A stretch of 64,000 nt of DNA, taken from assembly GCA_018696395.1 (NCBI GenBank), contig JABHQR010000017.1, positions 39,094 through 103,093 of the forward strand. Direction: 5' to 3'. The notes below the pieces were generated by a model. The model ran no database searches and was not told where the DNA came from. It saw only the letters and a program-made list of their open reading frames with translations. Below are positions 39,116-49,093 of the stretch, piece after piece; position 1 is the first letter of the stretch; each line of letters opens with the position of its first letter. The DNA is from an archaeon. GTDB lineage: Archaea > Nanobdellota > Nanobdellia > Woesearchaeales > GW2011-AR9. The position numbers were made by a program, and so were the translations under genes.

Positions 39116-39802
39116 TTAGAAATCTGGTTTCCATTCACTTTTGTCGTTTCTTTGACGTGTGAATGAGTACAATGCTGCGGGTCGATGAGGACCTTTTTTC
39201 TTTTTATGTAAATCTTTAAGTATGTGTAATTCAGAAATTTTTTTTCTAAAGTTACGTTTGTCTAATTCTGTACCTAAAATAACTTCATAAGCTCTTTGAA
39301 GTTCTGTAAGTGTAAATTCTTTTGACATTAATTGAAATGCAAAGTCACTCTCTTGAACTTTTTTACGTAATCTGTGGATAGAATATTCAATAATTCTTTT
39401 GTGATCGAAAGCAATTTCTGGTAAATTGTAAACTGAATGCCAAGTGAATAAGTTACCCTCCTGAAAATCAATTTTGTTGGAATCAATAAGCCCATAATAT
39501 ACGATTGTAACTGTTCTTATTCTGGTATCTCTTTTCAAATTTTGTCCAAAAGTATAAAGTTGTTCTAAGAAAACTTCTCCAGGATTAATTTTACCTTTTA
39601 ATTTCAATGCTATTCTAGCCGTATCTTCAATTTTTTCATTATAACGTACAAATCTTCCAGGTAAAGCATATTTTCCTAAGTAAGGGTTATCTTCTCTTTT
39701 AATCAAACCAACTTTAATATCATCATTCTTAATTGTAAATAGAATTACGTCTACTGCTAATCCTGGTTTATTATACTTGTCAAGGTCATCTTTTGAAGTC
39801 AT
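39116..39802 (-). CDS. nrtR: NrtR-family ADP-ribose-sensing transcriptional repressor (degenerate Nudix + winged HTH)
   Basis: AVDVILF, ALPG.FV, LEQLYTFG...RD.R, AFDH, FTL.ELQ..YE.ILG..LDKRNFRKK and RPA.LY. The Nudix Glu residues are lost (ARIALKLKG). Confidence 0.9.
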   Translation of the reverse strand: MTSKDDLDKYNKPGLAVDVILFTIKNDDIKVGLIKREDNPYLGKYALPGRFVRYNEKIEDTARIALKLKGKINPGEVFLEQLYTFGQNLKRDTRIRTVTIVYYGLIDSNKIDFQEGNLFTWHSVYNLPEIAFDHKRIIEYSIHRLRKKVQESDFAFQLMSKEFTLTELQRAYEVILGTELDKRNFRKKISELHILKDLHKKKKGPHRPAALYSFTRQRNDKSEWKPDF

Positions 39803-39836
39803 AGTGTTAAACTAACAATATTTTAAATTATATAAA
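39801..39836 (-). promoter_or_regulatory. nrtR promoter with putative autoregulatory operator 3
   Basis: ATAGTGT-TAAACTA-ACAATAT (39801-21) abuts the start codon. A minus-strand TTTATATA box lies at 39829-36, about 27 nt upstream of the ATG. Confidence 0.68.
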
Positions 39837-39859
39837 AGTTACTGGGAAAAATGTTATTT

Positions 39860-40675
39860 TTACATATAATGGGCTCCTATCGCTAAAGAAAATTCTCCAT
39901 TATTTGGGAAGTATGTTTTCTTGTTTAACATAGCGGAATAGTTTTCTAAAGATTCTTTCAATGAAGGGAAGTTAGTTACTGGTGAACCAATATAAACTAT
40001 GTTATTGGTCCATTTGAATAATTTTGAAGAGTGTGATAATAAGGCAAGATCTTTGACAGTAGTTGAACTGATAATATCAATTGAGGTTGCTAGGACATCT
40101 TCTTTTGAAGAATCTTTATTAGCTTTAGCAAAATGGCTAATGACGTATTCTCCCATGATTGTTCCTTCTAAATTTGGTAATCTCTCTTTCACATAAATGT
40201 TAAGGGGTTTTCCTTTAGTTGCCATTTCTGACATCTCTTGATAATTATCAATTCCTAAATGTTTTCCAATTCCCTCTAAAAATCCTCCACTCAATGAATT
40301 TCCAAGGGGTACAGGGATTGTAAAACCATGGGACCTTAATGAGTAAGAAGTTCCTGTACCAATAGATACAAGAATAAAGTTTGTTAGGTCTTCTCCATTA
40401 TACTGCATTAATTTTTTTAAACCTGCAACTTGTATTTTTTTCTCTTGAATTATTAAATCTTTTTTTTGTATATTTATTTCAAAATCTTTGAAATATTTTT
40501 CATAATTATTGGAATAACCAACTCCCACAATATTAACTTTTGTAATTCTATCATTGTTTAGTTCTTTAACAATCTCTTCTAAGTTGGTATTTGCAGTTGA
40601 AGAAAATTTAAATTTTTCATTATTTCTCCAAGCTGCTTTTACAAGTGATGTTCCAAAATCAATCCCAGCTATCAT
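39860..40675 (-). CDS. coaW: Type II pantothenate kinase-like (ASKHA fold)
   Basis: GIDFGTSLVK, LVSIGTGTS, G.S.SGGF..G, A..G..L, ISHFAK, KEDV and GEFSLAIGA. Confidence 0.72.
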   Translation of the reverse strand: MIAGIDFGTSLVKAAWRNNEKFKFSSTANTNLEEIVKELNNDRITKVNIVGVGYSNNYEKYFKDFEINIQKKDLIIQEKKIQVAGLKKLMQYNGEDLTNFILVSIGTGTSYSLRSHGFTIPVPLGNSLSGGFLEGIGKHLGIDNYQEMSEMATKGKPLNIYVKERLPNLEGTIMGEYVISHFAKANKDSSKEDVLATSIDIISSTTVKDLALLSHSSKLFKWTNNIVYIGSPVTNFPSLKESLENYSAMLNKKTYFPNNGEFSLAIGAHYM

Positions 40676-40789
40676 AGGATTAATTAAAGTAATTTTGTAG
40701 ATAATGTTTATCTTTAAAGTTTATAGGAAAGAATGATTTCTTTAAACAAATAATTGTAACCAATTAAGTTATGTCGTTAGAGAAAAAAA

Positions 40790-40905
40790 GGTGGACAGCT
40801 TACTGCCGTTCCCATATAAAATACGGTACAGGACAATACGTAAGCGCCTTTAACATCTGTGTTCGAAAAGGGAACAGGTGAACCACGCCACTCTGGCCGT
40901 CCGAA
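40790..40905 (-). rRNA. rrf: 5S rRNA (solitary)
   Basis: Minus strand GGACGGCCAGAGTGG...CACCTGTTCCCTTTTCGAACACAGATGTTAA...GGGAAC...GCTGTCC. Helix I GGACGGC/GCTGTCC closes it, with a TTTATAAA box upstream and a T-tract downstream. Confidence 0.9.
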
Positions 40906-40947
40906 CTTACCAAGAACAAGGCTTATTTATAAATATTTTGGTTATGA

Positions 40948-41403
40948 TTAAGTATTGTTAATATCCCAACCGTTTTCACTATAATATTTGTTGTTTTTTA
41001 TATGAACTAAAACCTCTTTAATATAAAGAATAATATTCTTTGGTAAATTATCTAAATCAAACCAACTTAAATCATCACATTTGTGTGGTTCCATGTTAGT
41101 AATTTTACCTTCCCAACTTCTAGTAATAAAAAAAGCGTCAATTCTTTCTTCATTATTAACATGAGATTTTCTATGCATCATGTGTACTAGTTCTAAATTT
41201 TCAGTTTGAAGTTCAATACCTGCTTCTTCTTTAGTTTCTCTGATAATTGCTTGAGTAAAAGTTTCACCTTCATCAACATGTCCAGCAATTAAACTGTACA
41301 TCCCATCACAATAACCACTGTTTTGTCGTCTAAGAAGCATTACTTTATTTTCTTTAAATAAAACGAGATAAGAAGCTGGTATTATTTTATGTCTTTCTGC
41401 CAT
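40948..41403 (-). CDS. Nudix hydrolase (MutT-like)
   Basis: Intact Nudix box GHVDEGETFTQAIIRETKEEAG, plus NMEPHKC..L.WF. Confidence 0.88.
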   Translation of the reverse strand: MAERHKIIPASYLVLFKENKVMLLRRQNSGYCDGMYSLIAGHVDEGETFTQAIIRETKEEAGIELQTENLELVHMMHRKSHVNNEERIDAFFITRSWEGKITNMEPHKCDDLSWFDLDNLPKNIILYIKEVLVHIKNNKYYSENGWDINNT

Positions 41404-41451
41404 AAAATAAATTATTTTGAAGTTTTATTTAATATTTTGTGTTTGGAATTT

Positions 41452-42447
41452 TTAAGATAAACCCTCGTAAAATCCTTTGACAATTTGATATGATTTTAAC
41501 ATGTGATCATTGTTGATTTTTATATTTTCACCTATTATCTTATTTTTTCTTTTAGAATCTTGTTCTAACAATTGAATTAAAAGAACTTCTTCATTTTTTA
41601 AATATTTCCTTAACAAAGCAATATGGTATCTTTCGGTTCCAAAAAACTCTTTTCTTTTCTTTAGGTAATATATCTCAACAGAAATCTCTTTTTTATCACC
41701 AATATAACCTCGAATGAATTTAGATACAGTATCATTGAATAATTGATGTAATCTGTCCATATGCCTTATTCCTTCAGAAACTACTTTTTGAGGATCCTTA
41801 CTTCTTTCTTTTTTCAATTTTTTTGCTAAACTTATTGTTTCAAATTTGTTTTTAGCATAAATTTGGTTAAATATTTTTATATATTCAATGATTTGTTTTT
41901 CTTGTGTTGCAATGGGTGGATATCTATAAAATGACCCATGTCTTTTAGTTAACTTTTTTGTAATTTTTTCACTAAATTTTGTTTCTTTTCTAATTATTGA
42001 AGAAACATCAGAAAGTTGTTTAATTAATTTAGATATATTCTCCTTAGATTGATTAACTTTTTCAGGAATGTAAGATTTATTTGTGATTAGTCCATTAGTA
42101 ATCTTTTTCATTAAGGTCATTTTTTCATCAAAAGAATTTATGAAATTAGAAAATTGTTCATTAGTTTCTTGATCTAAATGTGTTGATTTTTTTAAATCTT
42201 CATTAAACTTTAATATTAAATCAATGTAAAGGTTAGTTTTATTATAAACTCCTTTTACATCTTTCTTAAATGATGCGTAATATTGGTTTTTTAACCTATT
42301 CTCTTCTTCTACTTGTTTAAGAAATTGTTTGTGTCTTTTTTCTTCTTCAGCAATTTCTTCAGGGGTTCTTCTACTTAATCCCTCTGTTAAACCTTTTTTT
42401 GTTGATTGGTATGCTTTTCCTGCTAAGATTAATTTTACGAATCCCAT
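41452..42447 (-). CDS. Hypothetical Lys-rich, largely helical protein
   Basis: 331-aa ORF with no recognisable motif. Confidence 0.6.
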   Translation of the reverse strand: MGFVKLILAGKAYQSTKKGLTEGLSRRTPEEIAEEEKRHKQFLKQVEEENRLKNQYYASFKKDVKGVYNKTNLYIDLILKFNEDLKKSTHLDQETNEQFSNFINSFDEKMTLMKKITNGLITNKSYIPEKVNQSKENISKLIKQLSDVSSIIRKETKFSEKITKKLTKRHGSFYRYPPIATQEKQIIEYIKIFNQIYAKNKFETISLAKKLKKERSKDPQKVVSEGIRHMDRLHQLFNDTVSKFIRGYIGDKKEISVEIYYLKKRKEFFGTERYHIALLRKYLKNEEVLLIQLLEQDSKRKNKIIGENIKINNDHMLKSYQIVKGFYEGLS

Positions 42448-42786
42448 GAATGTTAAGGGAATATTTTAACTCTTATAAACTTTATTCTTAAAAAAAATCA
42501 TTTCTTGCATTCTATAAAATATAGTATAACCAATCTTATTGTAAATTTTTCAACTTTTTCCAAATCAAGTTAAAATTTCCTTTCTTTCCCTTTTTCCATG
42601 CTTTTTTTCTTAATCATTATTCCATAAAGGTTATAAATGATTAGCCCTGTTAGAATGGTATAAAACAAAATCTATCTAACCTCCGAAATCACCTCTTTTC
42701 AAAGCCAAAATGGCTTTTTTTTTACTTTTTTAAAATAATCTGTAAATTTAATTAAATAAAACTTAAAAAAGAGAGGCACAATAAAC

Positions 42787-43485
42787 ATGATTGATACTGC
42801 AATAATTCTAGCTGGCGGTTTAGGAACAAGGTTAAGGCCTTTAACGGAAGAAATACCAAAACCTTTACTTCCAATTAAAGGTAAACCAATGATTGAACAT
42901 TCTATTTTACATATGAAAAAACATGGTGTTAAAAATTTTGTACTTTCAATAGGGTATAAAGCAGATAAAATTCAACAATACTTTGGCGATGGTTCTAAAT
43001 TTGGTGTTAACATTTCATATTCCATTGAGGAAAAACCATTAGGTACAGGGGGGGCTGTTAAACAAGCTGTAACATGTTTAGATAAACCTTTTATTCTTGC
43101 TTGGGGGGATAATTTGATGGACATTAATTATGCTAAACTTTTTGATACTCACAAATTAAATGGGACTAAAATAACTATGGCGTTAACTCCACGAGAAGAT
43201 GTTGAACATTTTGGTGTTGCAAAATTAGAAAAGAACAAAATTGCTTTCTTTGTAGAGAAACCTAAACGAAGAGATGCACCTTCAAATTTAATAAATGCAG
43301 GGGCGTTCGTGATCGAACCAGAAGTATTAGATTATTTGCCGCAAGGAAAATCTTCGATTGAAAGAGATCTTTTTGAACGAATGGCATGTTTCGGACAAAT
43401 TTCTGCGTACAAACATGAAGGACAATGGTTTCCAACAGATACTTTAGAAAAGTATCAACATGCAGAAGAAAATTTTAAAATTTAA
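42787..43485 (+). CDS. Sugar-phosphate nucleotidyltransferase (mannose-1-P guanylyltransferase-like)
   Basis: ILAGGLGTRLRPLT, PKPLL, PLGTGGA, EKP and INAG. Adjacent to a phosphomutase. Confidence 0.88.
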   Translation: MIDTAIILAGGLGTRLRPLTEEIPKPLLPIKGKPMIEHSILHMKKHGVKNFVLSIGYKADKIQQYFGDGSKFGVNISYSIEEKPLGTGGAVKQAVTCLDKPFILAWGDNLMDINYAKLFDTHKLNGTKITMALTPREDVEHFGVAKLEKNKIAFFVEKPKRRDAPSNLINAGAFVIEPEVLDYLPQGKSSIERDLFERMACFGQISAYKHEGQWFPTDTLEKYQHAEENFKI

Positions 43486-43541
43486 CAACATTATCTTGAA
43501 AATTATTTTTCTATTTTTATTAAACACGAGGTGTAAATTAA

Positions 43542-44945
43542 ATGATAAATCCTAACATTTTCAAAGCTTATGATATACGTGGCAGATGGGGTCAAGATTG
43601 GGATGAAGATTCAGCATATTTGATTGGAAAAGCTATTGGGTTTCATTTTAAACCAAAATTTGTAGCTATTGGTAAAGATATGCGAAATTCAAGTAATATT
43701 ATTTTTCAAAAATTAGCTCAATCATTAATTGAGCAAGGAATTAATATTTATGATTTGGGTTTGTGTGGTACTGAATTAACTTATTTTGCTAGTTCTTTTG
43801 TTCCGGAAGTTGATTTAGCAATAATGGTTACTGCATCGCATAATCCTGGTGAAGATAATGGTATGAAAATCACTTTGAAAGGATCAGTTTCAATTGGGTT
43901 AGATTCTGGTTTGGATAAAATTAGGGATTTAGTTATTAATGGGATGGATGAAATAAGTAATGTTACTGAGAACGGTGAAATTACCAATGTTAATTTATGG
44001 GGACAGTATCATAAACATGTAATTCATTTGGCAGGACTTACTGATGTAAAAAATGTTAAAAGTAAAATTAAACCAATTAAATTAGTTATTGATGCAGGTA
44101 ATGGTATTGGTGGTTATGTTTTTGACCAAGTGATTAATGATTATTTACAAAATAATAATTTTGAAATTGTCAAGATGTATTGGGGTCCTGATGGGACTTT
44201 TCCGAATCATTTAGCTGATCCTCTTAAAGAAGAAAACGTTGAAGATTTAAAAAAAAGGGTTATTGAAGAAAATGCAGATCTAGGAATTGCTTTAGATGGT
44301 GATTCTGATAGGGTATTTTTTATAGATAGAAAAGGAAGATATTTACATGGGTATTATTTTGCTGCTATGATGACTGATTATGTTTTAAATAATGCGGTGT
44401 TTGCTAATTATGAAACTATTGTGCACGATCCAAGATATTATTTAGCTACTGTTAATGCTGTTAAAAATCATCATGCTAAACATGTTATGTCAAAAGTAGG
44501 TCATACATTAATCAAAGCAGAAATGAGAAAACAAAATTCTATTTTCTCAGCTGAATGTAGTGGTCATATTTTTTACAGAGAAAATAATTTTGCTGAAAGT
44601 TCAATCTTAACAATTCTTATGATGTTAAAATTTGTTACTAAGAAAGACCTAGTAAAAATAATTGATCATTATTCTGATAAGTTTCCTTTAAGTGGGGAGT
44701 TTAATTTTGTAGTTGATGGTGTTGATGAAGTTTTAGATGTTGTTAAGGGGAAGTATGGTCATTGTGAAATCAAAGAATTTGATGGTGTGGAAGTTTTAGG
44801 TGACGGTTGGAGAGCAAGTATCAGGAATTCTAACACTCAACCTGTATTAAGACTTAATGTTGAAGCAAGTAGTCGGGATCTAATGAATGTAAAATTTGAA
44901 GAAATGAAAAGTTTGATTTTACAATATGGGGAGCTAAAGTTATAA
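43542..44945 (+). CDS. manB: Phosphomannomutase/phosphoglucomutase
   Basis: FKAYDIRG, TASHNP (phospho-Ser), DGDSDR, AECSGH and RNSNTQP.LRLNVE. Confidence 0.92.
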   Translation: MINPNIFKAYDIRGRWGQDWDEDSAYLIGKAIGFHFKPKFVAIGKDMRNSSNIIFQKLAQSLIEQGINIYDLGLCGTELTYFASSFVPEVDLAIMVTASHNPGEDNGMKITLKGSVSIGLDSGLDKIRDLVINGMDEISNVTENGEITNVNLWGQYHKHVIHLAGLTDVKNVKSKIKPIKLVIDAGNGIGGYVFDQVINDYLQNNNFEIVKMYWGPDGTFPNHLADPLKEENVEDLKKRVIEENADLGIALDGDSDRVFFIDRKGRYLHGYYFAAMMTDYVLNNAVFANYETIVHDPRYYLATVNAVKNHHAKHVMSKVGHTLIKAEMRKQNSIFSAECSGHIFYRENNFAESSILTILMMLKFVTKKDLVKIIDHYSDKFPLSGEFNFVVDGVDEVLDVVKGKYGHCEIKEFDGVEVLGDGWRASIRNSNTQPVLRLNVEASSRDLMNVKFEEMKSLILQYGELKL

Positions 44946-44973
44946 GATAATTTTAAAAATAAGTGAAGGTTAA

Positions 44974-45873
44974 GTGTTAATTATGTTATCTGAACAACAA
45001 ATTGAAAATCATATCAAAGCAGGAAAAATTGCTTCTGAAGCGTTACAGTATGGTAAAAGTTTAATCAAATCAGGGACTAAAGTTATTGATGTTCTTGATG
45101 CAGTTGAGAATAAAATAATTGAACTTGGTGGCGAAATGGCGTTTCCTGCACAAATTTCTTTAGATCAGTTTGCAGCACATAGTTGTTCTGACTTAATTGA
45201 TGAAACTGTGTTAGCTAAACAAGTTGTTAAATTAGATGTTGGTGTGCATATTGAAGGTCAAATAGCGGATAATGCTCTTACTGTAGATTTAAGTGGTAAG
45301 TATGAAGATTTAGTTAAAGCAAGTAGGGATGCTTTGAACAATGCTTTGAAAATTGTTAAAGCGGGTGTTGAATTAAGGGAAATTGGTAAGGTTATTGAAG
45401 ATACTATTAAATCGTATGGTTTTGAACCTGTGAGAAATCTTAGTGGTCATGGTCTTGGTTTATACCAAATACATACTAATCCTTCAATCCCTAATTTTGA
45501 TAATGGTAGTAATGTTAAATTGAAAGAAGGTGATGTAATTGCAATAGAACCTTTTGCTAGTACTGGTGCAGGGATGGTTAAGGATGAAGGTGAAGCCACA
45601 ATATTCACATTGAAGTCTCATGCAGCTGTACGTGACCCCATTACTAGGAAAGTACAGGATGAAATTAAAAAATTTAAAGGATTACCTTTTGCTAAACGTT
45701 GGTTAGAGAAAAAGTGTGGCACTAAAAGAACTGAATTTGCGTTACGAAGATTAGCAATGACTGGTAATTTAATCATTCATAAACCTTTAAGGGATGTTAG
45801 TGGTGGTGTTGTAAGTCAAGCAGAGCATTCTGTTATTATAGGGAAAGAAGTAGTTGTGTTTACTAGGTATTAA
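44974..45873 (+). CDS. map: Methionine aminopeptidase type II
   Basis: AFP, AAH, KLDVGVHIEG.IAD.A, NLSGHG...IH, AIEPF and Q.EH. Likely start is 44983. Confidence 0.93.
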   Translation: MLIMLSEQQIENHIKAGKIASEALQYGKSLIKSGTKVIDVLDAVENKIIELGGEMAFPAQISLDQFAAHSCSDLIDETVLAKQVVKLDVGVHIEGQIADNALTVDLSGKYEDLVKASRDALNNALKIVKAGVELREIGKVIEDTIKSYGFEPVRNLSGHGLGLYQIHTNPSIPNFDNGSNVKLKEGDVIAIEPFASTGAGMVKDEGEATIFTLKSHAAVRDPITRKVQDEIKKFKGLPFAKRWLEKKCGTKRTEFALRRLAMTGNLIIHKPLRDVSGGVVSQAEHSVIIGKEVVVFTRY

Positions 45874-45882
45874 GTTATTTTA

Positions 45883-46062
45883 TTAATTCTTTTTTTTTAA
45901 CCAAGGTAACACAAAATAAACACAAATTGCACCAAAGATAATCACACCCCAAAACACAATCCAATGGGTTAAGTTAAAAGAAAAAAGAACTAAGTTAATG
46001 ATCATTACAGATACTAACATATATCCAATAAATTTCATTTTTTGTTCTTTATTTAAATTCAT
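45883..46062 (-). CDS. 59-aa two-TM membrane protein (not in ORF track)
   Basis: MNLNKEQKMKFIGYMLVSVMIINLVLFSFNLTHWIVFWGVIIFGAICVYFVLPWLKKKN, directly downstream of hisS. Confidence 0.7.
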   Translation of the reverse strand: MNLNKEQKMKFIGYMLVSVMIINLVLFSFNLTHWIVFWGVIIFGAICVYFVLPWLKKKN

Positions 46063-46083
46063 TTTTATTTATTTGTTAGCTTA

Positions 46084-47352
46084 TTATTTTATCTTTTTCA
46101 CAACTTCTTTAACACTGATCTCAAACTGATCTCCACTTTTCATGTCACGTAGTAAAACTTTTTCTTCATCCAATTCACGTTTACCAACTATGATCACGTA
46201 AGGGATACCTAAACTGTTAGCATATTTTAAATTTTTACTAATGTTACGGTCTAACAAATCAACAGCAGCATTTATGTTTTGAGATCTCAATTCTTGAACA
46301 ATACCTAAAGATTCATCTAATGTTTTGATTGGGATGACGTAAACTTTAGTTAAAGATTTTTGTGAGAATTCTTCTTTCTTTTTCAAACATTCAATTATTG
46401 GAACTATTCCAAACGAAACCCCTACTGCTGGAACAATAGAATTTTTTCCTAAAAAACTTCCAATCATATTGTCCCATCTTCCACCAGCAGCTAAAGAAGA
46501 TTTTAAACTTCCATCTTTAACAAAAACTTCATAGACTGGACCAGTATAATATGCTAATCCTCTGGCAAGAGACACATCAAAAACAATAGAATAAACATTC
46601 ATTTTGTCTAAATAACCAAACACTTCTTCCAATTCAGAAATCCCTTTTAGGGTTTCTTCTGAAGTGACTTTCTTTTTCAATTCAGATAAACTTATTCCTG
46701 GTTTAACTAACTTAAACAACTTTTCTGAACTTTTTATTTTTCTTTCTTTGAATTCAGCAATAACACCCTCTTGTCCTATTTTATCTAGTTTGTCAATTGC
46801 AATAATGGCTTCTTCTTTTTTTTTAATTCCACATTCATCAAGAATTCCATTCAAAATTCTTCTGTTGTTAAGTTTAATCTTTACATCTAAACCAATTTTT
46901 TTGAAAGCACTGTCCGCAGCACTTAATATCTCTGCTTCAGCTAGCATTGAACTAGTTCCAATAGTATCGATATCACATTGTAAGAATTGTCTGACTCTTC
47001 CGGTTCTAATTGGTCCATCTCTAAAAACTGAACCCATTTCATATCTTTTGAATGGCATTGGTAATTGCGGATTCATCCCCACAAACCTAGCTAAAGGGAC
47101 AGTTAAATCAAATCTAAGCCCTAAGTTACGTTTACCTTGATCTTTAAGTTTGAAAGTTTCTTTCAATGCATCGGAAGCTTCACCTGCTGTAAATTTTGCT
47201 GATAAAGTTTCTAATCTTTCAATGATCGGTGTTTCTAATGGTGAAAAACCATATTGTTCAAATGTTTCTTTCAAATCTTGAACTATTTTATTTTGAATAA
47301 TTTTTTCTTCAGGAATAATGTCTTGTATCCCTTTTGCAGTTTGTAATTTCAT
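46084..47352 (-). CDS. hisS: Histidine--tRNA ligase
   Basis: AKG.QD, ETP..E, LRFDLTVPLAR, FRDGP...GR.RQF.QCD.D, RGLAYYTG, GGRWD and AVGVSFG. Confidence 0.95.
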   Translation of the reverse strand: MKLQTAKGIQDIIPEEKIIQNKIVQDLKETFEQYGFSPLETPIIERLETLSAKFTAGEASDALKETFKLKDQGKRNLGLRFDLTVPLARFVGMNPQLPMPFKRYEMGSVFRDGPIRTGRVRQFLQCDIDTIGTSSMLAEAEILSAADSAFKKIGLDVKIKLNNRRILNGILDECGIKKKEEAIIAIDKLDKIGQEGVIAEFKERKIKSSEKLFKLVKPGISLSELKKKVTSEETLKGISELEEVFGYLDKMNVYSIVFDVSLARGLAYYTGPVYEVFVKDGSLKSSLAAGGRWDNMIGSFLGKNSIVPAVGVSFGIVPIIECLKKKEEFSQKSLTKVYVIPIKTLDESLGIVQELRSQNINAAVDLLDRNISKNLKYANSLGIPYVIIVGKRELDEEKVLLRDMKSGDQFEISVKEVVKKIK

Positions 47353-48122
47353 CTTGATATGTCCTCTTGGTTATCATTAATAGTTTTTGATATATAAGTT
47401 TTGCTAGCCTCAAATAAACTTTCTCTAACACATGCTTGTGCTAAGATCTTAGTTGTATCTAACAATTCTAATTCAGTATCATCTTTTTGTAAAATTAAAG
47501 GTAGGTCAGTGCACCCTAATATGATCGCTTCTGCGCCTTTATTTTGTAGGTCTAAACTGATCTCAATTAATTTTACTTTATCACTTAATGTTTTTTTACC
47601 ACTTAAAATTTTCATAATCACTGATGTTATTTCTGTTTGTTGTTTTTTATTAGGATAAATTATTTCAACATTTAATAATTTACTCTCTGTGTTATAAACT
47701 TTGGATCTAATAGTATTCTCTGTAGATAATAATCCTACTTTTTTGTAACATCTCTTTTTAGCTTCAAGAATTGTTTCTTTTTGGATACTTAATATCTCAA
47801 TGTTTAAAACTTCTCTTATTTTTGGCAAATATTTTTGAACAGTATTGCAAGCTACCACCATGAAATTAGCTCCAGCAGATTCAATTTTTTTAGCACCCTC
47901 TTGAAGTAGTTTTATCAAAATTTCTTCATTAAATTGATTTTCAACTACATCTGGGATAGGTGAGCTGTAAATAAAAAAAGGAGGAAAATCCTTGTCGTAT
48001 TTAGCGTTAAATTTTTTCTGAAATATTTTGACAATTTCCAGATATAAACTAGCAGTTGCTTCTGGTCCCATCCCTCCTAATATCCCTACTGTTTTGAATT
48101 TATTATTGTATTTATCTTCCAT
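47349..48122 (-). CDS. Aspartate/glutamate racemase family protein
   Basis: GILGGMGP.AT, ACNT and ILGCTDLP (both catalytic Cys). Overlaps hisS by ATGA. Confidence 0.88.
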   Translation of the reverse strand: MEDKYNNKFKTVGILGGMGPEATASLYLEIVKIFQKKFNAKYDKDFPPFFIYSSPIPDVVENQFNEEILIKLLQEGAKKIESAGANFMVVACNTVQKYLPKIREVLNIEILSIQKETILEAKKRCYKKVGLLSTENTIRSKVYNTESKLLNVEIIYPNKKQQTEITSVIMKILSGKKTLSDKVKLIEISLDLQNKGAEAIILGCTDLPLILQKDDTELELLDTTKILAQACVRESLFEASKTYISKTINDNQEDISR

Positions 48123-49032
48123 TTTTCTTTCCTCTAATTTGTTCTTTTTTTCCTTCTAATTGTTTAGATATTCTTCTAAGAAATCCTGTTAATGTTTCAA
48201 TTTTGCCATCATCATATCTTCCTTTGAATGGTTCACAAATAGAATCTAAATACTCTGCTAATTCAGGATTAAACTTTAACACTTTTTTTATTGTCCGATA
48301 AGTGCTTTTACTTCCTAATGGTCTACCCTCTTTAATTCCTAGATAAACTGGTCTGTCAATTCCTGGTGTGATTTTACACCTTAATGTAGAATATCCTAGT
48401 TCTAGCTGTTCAAACATTTCTTCAATAGCAATGTCAAAGAATTGTTCTGAAATTGGACCAAACTTAGTTTTAATTCCTTTTGTTTCTTCAAGGTAAATTG
48501 CTTCAGCAATCTCTAGTGGCAAGTAAAGTCTAGTTGCAGGATTTGGGGTTCTGTTAAAATAAATTTTTCTAACTAAATTTGGGTTGTCTTTTTCTAAGAA
48601 TTTTATGAAATCTAATGATTTTTCTAACGCTTCAGTATATCTCTCATCTTTTCTGAATACATCCCAGGAATTTAAGTAACTGACATCAATGTTCAGAATT
48701 TCAATAAATTTTCTAAAATACTGTTCTCTTAATTGACAATTTGTTCTGTATTTTCCAATTTCTGTTTTTGGGGATATTATGTTTGGACTTCTTTCTTGTT
48801 CTTTAATTAAACATTCAATTACTTGTTTACCAGAGGGATCTTTGCTTAGGATAGAATAAGTCTCTCTAGGTGCGAATCTATTAATTTTGTTAACAATGGA
48901 ATAACAACTTGCATCCCAAATTAAAACTTCTTCTGTTCCTAGTTTTAAGAATTTATTGAACCAAGAAAAATAGTCCAACATTTCTAATCTTTCTCCATTA
49001 CAATAAAGTTGTGGGTTATATCCAAAACCCAT
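48112..49032 (-). CDS. Hypothetical protein, possibly CDPS/class I aaRS-like Rossmann fold
   Basis: Order of motifs GFGYN / ERL...W..F / VLIWD / S..V...Y / LYLPLEIAE parallels cyclodipeptide synthases. The catalytic Ser is not seen. Confidence 0.35.
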   Translation of the reverse strand: MGFGYNPQLYCNGERLEMLDYFSWFNKFLKLGTEEVLIWDASCYSIVNKINRFAPRETYSILSKDPSGKQVIECLIKEQERSPNIISPKTEIGKYRTNCQLREQYFRKFIEILNIDVSYLNSWDVFRKDERYTEALEKSLDFIKFLEKDNPNLVRKIYFNRTPNPATRLYLPLEIAEAIYLEETKGIKTKFGPISEQFFDIAIEEMFEQLELGYSTLRCKITPGIDRPVYLGIKEGRPLGSKSTYRTIKKVLKFNPELAEYLDSICEPFKGRYDDGKIETLTGFLRRISKQLEGKKEQIRGKKNGR

Positions 49033-49093
49033 AAATATCTTTTTTGGGAAAGATTCTTCACAGTATTTATTTCTAGTAAAATCTAAGTTAAGA

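Noticed and set aside
1733-47658. Numerous 60-160 aa ORFs antisense to or inside long genes (e.g. 1733-1993, 24716-25024, 27191-27496, 46664-47140)
   Set aside because: They are shadow frames of well-supported genes with no motifs.
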